From NCBI GenBank assembly GCA_009602725.1, contig WELB01000014.1:123857-163167 (forward strand): DNA of 39,311 nucleotides, in the 5' to 3' direction. The stretch is from Spirogloea muscicola. Lineage: Eukaryota. Under the pieces are notes generated by a model. The model was not told the DNA's origin. It saw only the letters and a program-made list of their open reading frames with translations, and did no database searches. The position numbers were made by a program, and so were the translations under genes. Of the stretch, positions 21,790 through 33,839 are shown in pieces. Positions within the stretch are counted from its first letter, which is position 1, and the number at the start of each line of letters is the position of its first letter.

Positions 21790-23659
21790 TGTGCGGATCC
21801 ACCGCGGGTTACCTGGCAAAAGCCTTTTTTTCTGTCGTTAATTGTCCCCGGACGTTGCACCTACGAAAGACGGGGCACTTCCAAAGGGGGCAAGGGCTGT
21901 GAAAAGTAAGCCCAGAAAGAGTGAACAAGATCCAAAGGGCAAAGCACATGACAAACCTAATATTCGAGGATCTGAAGCTTCGAGCATGGAGGCAACGCCT
22001 GTCATAAGACATCAGATCTCCTTGAGGCTGGCCGCTCCCAGCCAGCGGCTCCTGTCTACACTGTCTCGCCCTTGCTCCGGGTTGGTACTTCGGCGGCACA
22101 GATCAGTCTGGCAAATATGTTTGCTCGGTTTTGGATACGAAAGCCCCGTTTCAATCGTATTTGTCGAACTGTTACCTTTCCACCCCTCAGAGTTTCTTGT
22201 TCTTTTACAGAAATTGTACTGACTTGCTTTTGCCTCCCTCTCACTGCATGCGCACCGCGCGCCTTGCGCCTCCGGGTCGACACCCATCTGTAGGGGCGCT
22301 TCGCGTGGATGTGCTTAATGGCCGGACCCACAGCGGCTGAAGGTCTGAGCAGGTCAACCCAGAGTGCCGAAATCGTGCCCCGCCCAGCGGTCCACGGGGC
22401 GGGGCTCACTATCGAAGAAGTGGCTCTCCCACTAACGGCCTGCAGGCGGTCGATGATCGGCCGGTGGCGATTCTATTCTGAGGCGCCGGAAACAACAGAA
22501 AAGGTGAAGCAGCTCTTTCAAAGAGAGGCGATGGCTGTAAAGAGACAGCTTCTCCATGTGAGGACAGTAGCTTTGAGAGGCCAGCCCAAAGGCCTTCAAG
22601 AAGCCCACAAAAGAACAAAAGGATCCAAACGAAGTGGCAAATCCATGGGGAGTCGCAAAGCGAATACAACCCTGGGAGGCGACCATGTGTTGCCGGCTAG
22701 AGAATCGGCCCTAGGGGCGATATCACGAAGCTAAGGGTCGGTCAAGGAAGAACGAGAATGGCTCTCCAATTGGGGGCAAGGGCTGTGATAAGCCAGCACG
22801 GAAAGCTTGACGAGGTCATGAAGGTCAACAACGCCGCCCCAGCCCAGACAGCACTTACTTTAGCCGCCTGGACGTGGGGAAGGGCGAGCAGCCGCCTAGG
22901 TGCCCCATACTTTACTTCCACTTGGCTCGTCCAAGGCGCGGCCTCGACGGAAGCTGACCGCCGGGGCAATACCGTGCATGCACGGCCGTGTGCCGTTGAC
23001 CAGCCGTGACCGGGCGGGCCTGGCGGCTGCTGGGGCCCAAGGGGACAGTCGGCAGAGCATGAGGCTCGCAGCAGCAGCGCAGGCTGGGCCGCACTTCGGC
23101 CAATCAGGCCCTGCATCACTCAATACACACTCCACGCTGGGCCAGCAGTTTTAGAAGATGGAAGCGCTTCCCAAATTGGGCCGATGGCTGCGAAAAGGCC
23201 AGCTCAGAAAAGGAGGCCTCTGTAACAAACAGTTCGATGGCTTTTCGTGCCAGCCCGACATGAATGGACAAGGTAGCGGTGGCTGTGTCAGGCCAGCCCA
23301 CAAGAGAGTTATTCATGTTTGTCGGCCTGGCTTCTTGCAGCCATTGCCTTACATTGCCTTTACCAGCCCCTCTTCTCTATGGGCGAGCACTTTCTCTTTC
23401 TGACATTGAAGCTCTTCAATCCTTCCTTATCTTTCTTTCGTTCCACAGGGAAGTGGACGAGGAGAAAGGGGTTGCCCCAGCGTAGGCTGGCAACAACAAG
23501 TTCGGGCGGCGGAAGCAACGAGTTGGCTGGCGGCACTCTAGCCGCCGTAGCGCGGAGCGGGTGCATGTGGGACCTGGCGAAAAGGCCCGCTTAAAATGAA
23601 GCTGACAAGATCCAGAGGGGTTTGCAATGAAGTGCTCGACTACTGTCTACCTGCGAAGA

Positions 23660-26600
23660 GGAAATTTCGTGTATTTGAAACGAACGAAGGCCAAATGGCC
23701 AAGTACAAAGGCAAGCACATCTTAAGACCTACATAATCTTCGGTAGATTGACCCGCTCAGAAACCACGGGTCAAAACATACAGGTCGCTAACCGATGCCT
23801 GGATACTAGATGGCAGATACGAAGCCCTTCTGCCACCAACTAGAGCTCGCCCAGCTTTCTGGTGCAAAGAATTAGCCTGAGCACGCTGCAAACAGGCCAA
23901 ACTCGTCGTCGCAACAACGACAGAAAAGCAGCTGGCAAGCCCATCTCAGCCGGGAACACATCTGCATGTCGTGTGTAGCCTAGATTGGCTATGTTTTGAA
24001 GGAGAGTAAGGATACGAGGACCTAAGCAGCCAAAGATGTCGATTGCCGCTGGCAAGAGCTGATCACATCGGGGGTAATCGGAGTAGTGCTGCAACTTTCT
24101 TTGTTCAGCACTGCCCACTGCGTGGCCAGCGATGTGTGTCGATGCTGGACCTTTATAGGCCTCCGTAACCACGATATCGACCAAAGCCCTTGGCCCTCCA
24201 CCAGGTTCACGCCCACAATGTCAAGTGTGCGGCGATGATGACGTCCCTGGGCATCCGTGGTGATAGGCATGATGTTGTTCACTTCCACCACCGCACGGTA
24301 CTCGGCGTCGCGCATCAAACCCGCCAAAGCATCACGGAGGAGGTTGTGGATGCCCACCATTTTTGGTCCAGTGGGGCATCGCAGCATGTGAGTGGCGAGC
24401 TCAGCACTCTCTGCACGGAAGCCGCACTCACACTGGCGCACCCCAATCAGGCAGTTAGGTGGGAGGCCGAGGAAGAGTTGAAGCAATGTCCGAAAGGCCT
24501 CGGAGCTGATGCTGAAGGCGCTGGCCACGGCGTGTGAGGTGATCCAGTCTGTGGCTCCAGGTGTGGCGAGGGAAGTAAGTCTTGCCAGGCTCCTTGGATT
24601 GTTGTGAATCTCTGGCAGCCTCCTCAAGCTTCTTTGGCGCTCATCTTCCACTGCCGTAACCAGTCTGGATTGTGCCCCTCTATCCGAAGCTTGGGCGAGG
24701 GCGGAGAATGGCGTGAGTAGGGGTCGTATAGAAGGGAAAGAGCCGATTGCCGAGTCACGGATGCTCCTCAGATCCGCTTGGAAGGGTAAGGAGCCTTCCT
24801 CCACGTTGCGTACGGGATCGTGGAGGCAAGGGAAGCGCATGGGAAGCATAGAGGCGATCTGGTGCCAGCAGCCCAGGAAGGCTGCTTGCGCCGTCTGCTC
24901 CAACGATCGGCAGCCAAGGCCGCCCATGCGAGTGGGGAGGGAAGCCTGGAGGGCAGATGAAGCGGAGGGGAAAGAGGAAGATTGTAGAAGGGATGCCAGG
25001 GACTGCAGCAGGGAGTTGTCGAATTCCTTGTAGAGCTCGCCCACCATGCCCATTGGGGCGACTGTCCGCTGCAGGTAGCATGCCCGTTGGCTGATGCAGC
25101 GGGTGAGAATGGCCAACGCCAGCTGTGTGTCCCCAACGAGGGGAAGTGAAGGGAGGGGGGCGAGATGTTTCTGGAGGCGTTCCCGCAAGTCCACCGCCAC
25201 GTGAGCTGGTGTGCCGAGGGGAACCTTGAGGATGGCCAGCCCATTGGCAGGGTTCTGGCAGCCGTGGGGGAGCTGAAGGTTGGCGGGGAGACCACGTGGG
25301 GACCATGCCACGCTCTTGGATGGGCAAACCCGCAGGCCCATCAGGTCCAGTTCGCGAACAAGCAATGGGTAAGCCGCCATGACTTCAGCTGGAGGTCCAA
25401 TGATGTGTGTATCATCGGCGTAGGAGGGGAAGAGGAGGTCTGGGTGTTGCCTCTGGGTGCGTCGTACTGCCCGACAATGTGCCAAGGCAAACAGGATTGG
25501 GCAAAGGGGACCCTCCTGGCGTGTTCCAAAAGATGACCACAGCGTCTTCCACGACTCTCCGGCTTGCCAAAGCAGCCGCCCTGGGCGGCCATAGGCCATG
25601 AGGAAAAAGGGTATAAGCGAAGGGAAGTGGATGCGCAGCTCCTCCATGATGACGCTGCGCTCCACTGTGTTGAAGGCATTACTGATATCCAGCCCAAGGA
25701 CCATCATTGAAGGGTCCACGTCGAGAGCAGCGCGGATGCCGTGAACGAGGGCCTCCGCCCCGCAGGACATGCCAGCACCAAATTGGTGGGGTGATAGGTG
25801 GCTGGTCAGCTGGGGTTTCAGCTCGCTGCACACGGCCTTTGATACCAGCCGCATGATTCCCTCCGTCATCACAATGGGTCTCACCCCGCCTGTCGGCTTC
25901 GCAAGGGCCAGCAGGTGGCTGGAATTTAAGGCGTCGGCAATGCGTGGTGGAATGGCAGCCCTGGCGATGTGCCGGCAGGTGGACAGGAACAGGGAGAAGC
26001 TCCTCTCATCCCCATCAAGGAAAAGGTCCTGTCGGTACTCAAAGAGCCATCCAGAAGGGCCTCCAGACACCATCCGGGGGGCTTTTGGTCAGGGCCACAC
26101 GGAGCGCTTCTGCCGACAGGTCAGGAGGACTGGGGAGCTCGCCAGCCCAGGGCTCGAGGGGGTGTTGTGGAGGCGGGTGGAGCTGTCGCAAGATAGCCTC
26201 CGTGGCGTCGTTGGTAGTAGCCAGGGGGTCAGGGCAAAGGGCCTGAGCGGCCCGGGAAAGTTCTCCTGCCCTGCCAAAGCGTCTTGCGCGCGCTAGATCT
26301 CCAGCTGTGGACTGTTGAGAGGGCTGATTGATTAATCCATTGCGCCCGCCGCTGTGAGAGCGCGACCCGAGCAGCTGCTGCCCGCTGCTGGGCCAACTCC
26401 TCCCATTTCCCACTTGCAAATGCAGCCAGTCTGTCCTGGAAAGTCTTGCGGCCACCGACGCCGAAGGAGGGAAGATGGCCAAGAACGAGCTTGGGAAAAA
26501 GCAGGTACAACGCCCAGGCCGCCTCGTCCATAGAGTCCGCTTCGATTCGTGCGAGGTAAGGCGTAAGAACCTTGGTGCACTGACGACGTGCCCATCTGGG

Positions 26601-27482
26601 AATTTGGCGAAGGTTTCGAGCGCTATCAGGGATGAGAAGGGGGGTGAGGTCCACTGTGGCAGCCCAATGCCAGCTCTCTGAAGAAGGGGGTGGTGGAGGC
26701 CGGACGGTGCCAGGCACTTGTGAACTCGCTGCCAGCTCCTCGCGATTCTGGCGGTTGCGGCAGTGATAGGCATGGACTGGCAGCCCTCTCGTGTTGAAAC
26801 GTTGCTGGCATGCTGGGCAGGGGACTCTCTGGTCTGGCGCATTTGGGAGGCCCGTGTGGACTGGGCTCGGGTTGTGAGACAGACCCTGCCGATGGCGAGG
26901 TCGTTCTTGATGGTCACCAGCTGGATGGCGTCTCACGATAACAGGTCGAGGCAGCAAGGGAGGTGGAGGTACGGGTAGAGGTAACAGGGGAGGTAGAGGA
27001 GGCAATGATGGCGGCGGCACTGGTGGTGGTGGTGGTGGTAGTGGAGCAGGTGGTGTTGGTGGTGGTGGTGGTGGTGGCGGCTCCGGGGAGAGGACTGGTG
27101 CAGGCACTGGTACATGCACAGCTGGAGCTTGAGAAGGAGATGAGCGTTGCCTTCGAGTCGAGAGAAGATGCAGCAGACTTCGCGGCCGGCAGGAAAGAAA
27201 GGGCCCGTCCGCAGTAGAGGAGTCGCTTGACTGTGCTGGGCTGATGACAATTCCGACTCGGGGGTCCATGTTGGGGGCCTCGGACTCTGCATGTATCCCG
27301 CGCGCCTGTTTGCGCTCTCCGTGGGCGCCGACATTGTAGCGACCACAGCCAACTGGCACCGCTGGGCAAATATTTGTGCGGCGGTGCCGGTGGTAGTTAT
27401 TGAGCGGGCCGGTTGCACCAAGCTCATGGGTGGCATCCAGCTGCCGGCGGTGGCCAGCGGGGCCCCGGGCCGGGCCCAGCAA
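23660..27482 (-). mobile_element. Near-full-length CRE-type non-LTR retrotransposon (subfamily A): Pro-rich N-terminus, C2HC zinc finger, RT, zinc knuckle, RLE; about 4 frameshifts
   Basis: CPACQQRFNTRGLPVHAYHC; GPSGW; LLALAKPTGGVRPI; QFGAG...GAEALVH; LDISNAFN; GTRQEGPL; YADD; CECG...HMLRC; HNLLRD; RTLDIV...VDIVV...AEQRKLQHY. Frameshifts near 26335, 26075, 24185 and 23898; restored stop TGA at 23757-23759 (LYVLTRGF*). True 5' end undetermined and may reach about 28600. Clade assigned from motif recognition only. Confidence 0.9.
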
Positions 27483-28609
27483 TTACAAAGAGTATGCTGG
27501 TTGACATCGTGAGGCTGTCTCCTTCAAAGTTTATGCCTGGTGCTGTACAAAAAGGGACCTCCCTGTAGGGGCTGTAGGTTCATTAATGCTGCGGTCGAAT
27601 TCATTGAGCCCTTCTAAGTCATGTGCCGTTGGCAAGGACTCACATATGCTGGACCCTAGGTACAGTGGAAGATTGCTGGGACGTATCCAGTCGAAGCCAA
27701 CCAGTCGGGTGACTGTACTCATCCTCCCTCGCCTCCCCAATTGTTGAGTATGAGATAAATAGTGTGAAAACATGCTGCTTCATCAGGAGTAGTCCATGAG
27801 CATCGTAAGGTGATGAGTATCTCGTGGAGTGGCTAGGCTATAATTTGAGCTGACCTTGGAACAGCGGCCACCTTGCCGATTGCAGTTTGTTTCCGTCAGA
27901 TTTGCATAGGGGTCCGTTTCGCCATATGCGCAGAACCAGATCACGTTAATTTTATTCTGCGGTTCACTGTGGAGTCTTGTCTTGGTTCCAAGGACGTGAA
28001 CACCTAAGTGGAGAGGAAATGTAAGGTTTCCACCCCTTTGAGAACAAGGAAATTCTGCCGCCTTATGCCTCATGACCATGTATGCAACTGTTGGCAAGTG
28101 CTTTTGCCCTGCCTTAGCTTAGGTACAAGGCAGCATTGTCCCGCGTATGCGGTTGCAGTCTGATTTCCATGCGCGCTGGCTCGGGCAGATGAGATAGTCG
28201 TGCCCTGGTAGTAAGGTTCCCAGGTCTGCGAGCGCCAAATTCTGCTGTCAAGCCTACATGGTGTTCAAGTAGTTGTGGGCAATTTCCCGGATCTCAGCCT
28301 GGTCTTCAGGCCATTTGCCTCGTGCCGCACGGTATCTGCCGCCCTGGCAATAGTGGTGTTGTCGTTCCATTCGGTTCCGTCCAGGTTCGTCCGGGTGGCC
28401 TCGCATGCTCCCGGCATGCTCGGACCCAGACATGCGAGACAGCATGTGCGGAATCGGCCATTCTTGGCGGCATGCTCGACCCCGGCCATGCTCGGCGGCA
28501 TGGCGCCTGCCGGAGCCATGCCGTGGATCCCTCGTCAGGCACGCTCCTTGCGGGGCGGGCCTTGGGGCGGACCCCATGCATCCGCTGACAAGAGAATGCT
28601 GAGCAGTAA

Positions 28610-29010
28610 TCTGCAAGCTTTCCAGCTCCGTTGGACCTTGTCTACTTCTTCAGGGCTGGCCTTTCACAGCCGTAGCCCTCTTCCCGAGAAAAGCTCACAG
28701 TCGTTTGAAAGCAGGCTTTCCACAGCCCTCGCTCCTTTTGGAGCTGTGCTTACATATGGAAGATCTGCTCCAACCTCTTATCTCACAAGGCAAGGATGAA
28801 TGTTAAACAGAAAGCAGCTCTTGAGAGGTGGCGAGGGGCTGGAGAAAGCTAGCAAACATCATTGACCCGGGTCGGAAGGATACGTAAAGCTTAGAGAGCA
28901 CTTGCTCGGTGATCCTAGTCAGCAGCCGCAAGTCTGAAAGATCAGTATCAAGAAAGAAAGAGCATCTCCAATGTAAGGCAACAGGTGTGAGAGGCCAGCC
29001 CAAGGGAATT
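28610..29010. mobile_element. Stack of 3' modules (plus 28610-28760, minus 28810-29010)
   Basis: GGGCTGGCCTTTCACAGCC at 28652; minus strand encodes DLSDLRLLTRITE. Confidence 0.65.
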
Positions 29011-29024
29011 TACAGAAAAGAAAG

Positions 29025-29400
29025 AATGCGGCTGCTGATGTCAAAGACGCGGCTGTATAAGCCAGCCAGATGCAAACATCAGGTGTTCATGACGGAGCCA
29101 CAGGCTAGGCAGACAGGGCGCTCTGAAGTACCCCCGTGTCAGCAGTGGGAAGTCAGATGAGCTGAGGGGAGGAAGAGCAACCCCGCTGCGCAAGCCAGAG
29201 GCTGCTGCAAGGGCGGCGCGACCGGCTCGGCAATGCAAAGCAAGCGCTTGGGGCCGCTGTAGGAAGATAGATAGCCGCATGCATAGCAGGACACAAGATC
29301 CAAAGGCACCCAGCCTCAAGAAGTGCTGCACCCTGTTCGCGGCGCTGCTGGTCAGCTTAAGAGGCCAGCAGCGAAAGCAACGAGGACAAGCGACCCAAAG
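29025..29400 (-). mobile_element. Second subfamily C fragment
   Basis: Colinear with 17120-17475, e.g. AGTCAGATGAGCTGAGGGGGAGGAAGAGCAACCCCGCTGCGC. Confidence 0.85.
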
Positions 29401-29419
29401 AAAAGGGAAGGAGTCGCTC

Positions 29420-30155
29420 CGCCTGTAGCCTGAGGCGGCAGCCAGGCCACGACCAGCACGAAGATGCGAGGCATGTGTCAGGCGACGAGATGCCGCAACC
29501 GTTACACCAGGGCCTGAGAGTCTGCGGCGTCAAAGAGCTGGTTGCTCCCTGTGCCGAAATGGAAAAGAAGAACTCCCAGAAGGGGTGAACGCTTGTGAAA
29601 GGCCAGCCCCAAAGAATACGGACAAAATCCGAAGAGGCTTGCTGGGAGGTGCTCGCTATCAAGGACTTGCTCAAGGACACTTTCACGAAGAGGGGGATGA
29701 TTTGCCTCTTGCCTCTGGTCACATTCTACGACATGTATTGCTCGTCGAGTGACTTGTGCCCATTAACCAGCCGCCCCGTCACAAGCCGTTGAGGACAGTC
29801 AACCACGTATCGAAGTTACAGAAATGACCATATCTACGACTGTGGGCCGTTGCAGCAATGCCGACCATAAACCCGTCATTCTATATGGCCATCAATTTTG
29901 CATACTCCTATTTGTATTCTACTTCATCTCTCTCCATCAAATGATGTGGGGATGCAGATGTCAGTGAAGCTTGCTGCACAGTATCTTTCTGGTCCAGAGA
30001 TTACGGAGACACTTGGGCATGTGGTATATGAGCAGATAGCAAGGAAACATATTGGTCAAAGAGACCATATGCCTGGGCACGTGCTGGTCACAAATGCGTA
30101 CTTCAAGACAAGCAAAGCAGTATCTGACATCATAACCAGTGGCAGCCATCACGGA
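29420..30155 (-). repeat. Orphan paralogue of the F-box/LRR 3' flank including its CRE-derived tail
   Basis: Colinear with about 2890-3530 and the reverse complement of about 1160-1890 (TTAACCAGCCGCCC, TGTGGGCCGTTGCA, GGGCACGTGCTGGTC, GCCATCACG). Confidence 0.8.
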
Positions 30156-30654
30156 GAAATCTCCGTCATTTGGCCCCTTCGAACCTTTGTCAATTCTTTT
30201 CGGGCTGGCTTTTCACAGCCCTTGCCCCCATTGGAAGTGCCACTTCTTCTTTCGTCATTGGGCGAGCCCTTTCTTCTTGCCCTTTCTGCCTAGCCAGTGG
30301 CTCCGCTAATAAGGTCATGAACACCCTAAGTATGCGCCTGGCTGGCTTTTACAGCCGCACTTTTAATATCAGCAGCCGCACTCTTCCTCTTTGGGGCAAG
30401 GCGCGCCGTGCACATGAATTGAAAGAGAGAAGGGCTCTCCCATTGAGGATAGGGGCAAATGAAACGGAGGCCAATCCGAGCCTTACAAGTCCTGGTAACG
30501 GGGGCAAGGGGTTAACTTGCGGCTACTAAGTGATGTTTTTGAAGTGACTATCCTACATGCGCCTTGCTTGCTTGTGTCTTTCAGCGCTTTCTTTCCGGCC
30601 CTTTCGGACCTTGTCAGTGTTTCGGACTGGCCATTAACAGCCCTCGCCACCTTC

Positions 30655-30692
30655 TTAGGGTTACGGTTTAGAATCTAGGGTGAGGGTTCAAG
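30655..30692 (+). repeat. Short degenerate telomere-like tract
   Basis: TTAGGGTTACGGTTTAGAATCTAGGGTGAGGGTTCAAGG. Confidence 0.45.
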
Positions 30693-31849
30693 GTGGCTGG
30701 CATTTCCCAGCCACCTTCTTCAACTGGGCGAGAGCTTATTCTTTTGAAGAGCTGCTTCTCCTCGGCATCAGGGGACACGGCCCCCGCAGAACCCAATATA
30801 CTAGGCACAAGGGCTTGTCGATTACCGTCCTGTATTCGATATCCCCTTTTCGGACCTCCATGTGCTGCCTCGTGGTTACTGAGCAGGTCAGCTTAGCAGC
30901 ACGTGATATGTACATCTGTCCCTGCGTCGGAGAGCCACTTCTCCTGCTTGCCTTCGTACTTGCCCACTCTGGCCCTCCATCACTGATAACCCACTCCAAA
31001 TGCCAGTGTACCCCGCCAACTGAGACCTCCGCTCTTCCTTGTTCACTCCTTCTCACCCATGTCGTCATTCTCTCAAAGCTATTGCCTTGCACTGGACGAG
31101 CTACTTCTTCCTTATTTTTGGGCTGGCCTCTCACAGCCATCGCCTGTGACGATCCCAGGTCTGTGAGCGCCAAATAGCACTGTTGACGCTCACATAATGT
31201 TCAGATAGTGTACTTGCCGGCTTTTCAGGCTCTGATATTGAGAAGTCGTTGGGGCCCCACTGCAGAATCTCCACAGTAATGTTGCGCTAACGTATAATCT
31301 AATGCGTCCATGTGGTACTGTGGCGCGGGCCGTTTTGTGTGCCTTCCCGCGCCAAGGGCCGTCATCCTTGTCATGCTGACTCATCCGCATCTCGCCTGGG
31401 TCAGCGTCAGCTTAAGAAAATAATCCACGCTGATTCGATTGTGCCTTGTCATCTCTTGATCGTCCACAACCAATATACGAACCCATAGTCTGTGAGCGCC
31501 AGCCAACGTTCTAAAGGTGACGTGATTGGATTTACTTGCTGGCAAATCTCACCAACTTGCACGGATCATGAGGCCGTCAGCCTCACGTACAGACGTCCCT
31601 TTGCTGTTACAGCACTCATGCCTTTATCGTCCCTTATCATCCTACCGGGAAAGCCTTAGGAAAGCGCTGTTCGGCCCCTTCGGACCTTGTCAGTTTTCCG
31701 GGCTGGCTGTTGAAACGGATGCGGGTCTAACGACTGGGGGTTAGGCAGCCGGAGCCAAGGCAACGCTAATGCAGATGGAGATTGGATTGAGGCGTCTGCC
31801 GAGACTGTCTGCTACAGAGAAGGGAGCCCTCTATATAGAAGTAGAAGTG

Positions 31850-32705
31850 CTTGCCTATTGAGATAGGGGCTGGGAGAAGCCAGCCCATAAAAGAATGAAC
31901 AAAGGACGAGAAGGGGCCAGGGGAAGCACTAAGAAAGACAAGCACAAGAAGAAACTAAGCAGTCACGAAGCACCCACTAAACCCCTGCTAAGCAGCCTTA
32001 GGTCAGAGAAGGCCCGGGCCTTCATATAGGAGGCCCGGGCCCGGGCTAAAGAATTGAGATGTGGACCATCCACGGGAGGACGATTTCTTCCCGCTCGCCA
32101 TCGACACGCACGGTGCGATGGGAGCTCGGTGGCTCGAGCTGCTCAACCAGCTCTCGCACCACGCCATCTCACGCCGCTTCCAAGGGGAGCGGGTGGATTC
32201 CCATGCAGCCGGATGTCATGCGCAGGTGTATTGCATGCGCTTGGCCGTCGAAGAAAGGGCTCGCCCATTGAGGATATGGGCTGGAAAAGCCAGCCCAAAA
32301 AGAATGAAGAAAGTACGAGAAGGGGGGCCAGGGGAAGCGCTAAGAAAACAAGCACAAAATGAGAGAAAGCAGCTACGAATCACTCGGTAACCCCTGCAAA
32401 GCGTCTCGCTGCAGCGGTTCATGGCTCGCGCGTTGCATCTCCGCGCTGGTCGAGCCCTTGCTGCCGCCTCTGGCCCTAGCCAGGGGACCCGCTACCAGGA
32501 GCCCAGTTTCTATGACCTGCGGCTGCTTAGCAGGGGTTACTGAGTGTTTCGTAGCTGCTTAGTTCCTTCTGTGCTACATTTTTTTTAGCGCTTCCCCCAG
32601 CCCCTTCAAACCTTGTTAATTCTTTTTGGGCTGGCCGTTCCCAGCCCCTGTCCTCCAGCCCCTATCCTCTCTGGAAATGCTCTCTGGGCGAGCACTTCCT
32701 TCCTT
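31850..32705. mobile_element. Cluster of CRE-like fragments: minus 31850-32030, plus 32060-32250, minus 32255-32398, plus 32460-32705
   Basis: DHPREDDFFPLAIDTHGAMGARWLELL...VYCMRLAV on the plus strand; 3' ends encoding DLRLLSRG(Y) with hairpin modules on both strands. Confidence 0.8.
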
Positions 32706-33839
32706 GGTGAAGCGGGTAAGCAACCCGCTAGCCCAAAAGCTATATGCCCACAACAGGGCATGGATTAAGCCCGCAGGCCCACCATATGTTTAGGGGGCTG
32801 TCGGCTGGACTGACGCGTTACACCTATGGTTATGTTATGGCTTCTTAAGCTGACTCTTACCGCCGGGCGTGCCCGCTACAAGAGGGAAGGTCCCTGACGC
32901 GGTGCCCGCCGCCAGGTGAGAGCGGAGCCCTCGCCCGGCGGTGGCCGTGGCGGTGCCACCGCCTGATCAGGTGCCGAATGGGTTTTGCCTCGCGGTAGCA
33001 GTGGTGTCCAGATGCTGACACGTGCCATCTGTGTCAGCCAAGCCCAAGCATTGTCTCTACGATAAAACTGTTTAGCTCAAGAGATTCTACGATCTCCACC
33101 ATATTTCTACCGACGTGACGTGTCCGTCACACTGATCCCCACATTTGGGAGAGTAATTTCACTTATATCGTCCTTGACTGACCTGGCTTTGCCAGGTGGC
33201 CCTCAGTAAATTCGCACAGGGGCCCAGGTGGCTTCTCAGTAGGTACATACATGGGACCAGGGGTCCACTGTGGGCCCTGGCACACCTGCGTTGGTTCGCA
33301 CCTGGTCCTCGGTCGCTCGCGTGGCCCTGACGGGAGCTGTGGCGACAGAAGCTCTGTCCTTATTTTGTCGGCAGCGCAACGCTTCTCCTCCTATCACCTT
33401 CGTGCGACCCGCCCCTCGCGGGGTGGGCCTTGGGGCTACCCCCGCACACTGTGGAGGGAGGGTGGCATGGAGGTGCACTGCAAAGGATAGAGCCGTAAGT
33501 GAAGACCTGGAAGAACGCGCAGCCCTGCCTGGCTGCCGCTCGCCTCGTTGCCGGTCTAGTATGGAGCTCTTCCGATGGGGCCCTCTGCTCCAAGACGTCA
33601 GGCCGAGTACAAAGGCCAGCTCATCGACATCGGGGGCGAAGGCTGTAAACAGCCAGCCCGAGGAGGATTTGACAGGGTCCGAAGGGGTGAAAAGCGCTTG
33701 AAGACACTGTTACGCAAGGTCCATGTAGGCAGCCGCAAAGCAGCCCCCTTGCCTTCGTACTGAGTACACACCTCAATACTGGCCAAGGAGTCTCGAGCTG
33801 CACCTCCCCGCCACAGCCGCCGCCTTCGCCGCCGCTGCC

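Noticed and set aside
22800..23010. Coding-like fragment
   Set aside because: No recognisable homology or splice structure; cannot be supported without a search.
23660..27482. LTR, DIRS or Penelope identity for the RT element
   Set aside because: No terminal repeats, integrase, tyrosine recombinase or GIY-YIG motifs; the zinc knuckle plus RLE C-terminus indicates a non-LTR element.
28500..28570. Hammerhead core (CTGACGA, minus) or HDV-like L3 (TCCTTGC/CCCTCGC, plus)
   Set aside because: No GAAA after a stem II; the HDV P3 would contain a G-G mismatch and I found no P1/P2 partners.
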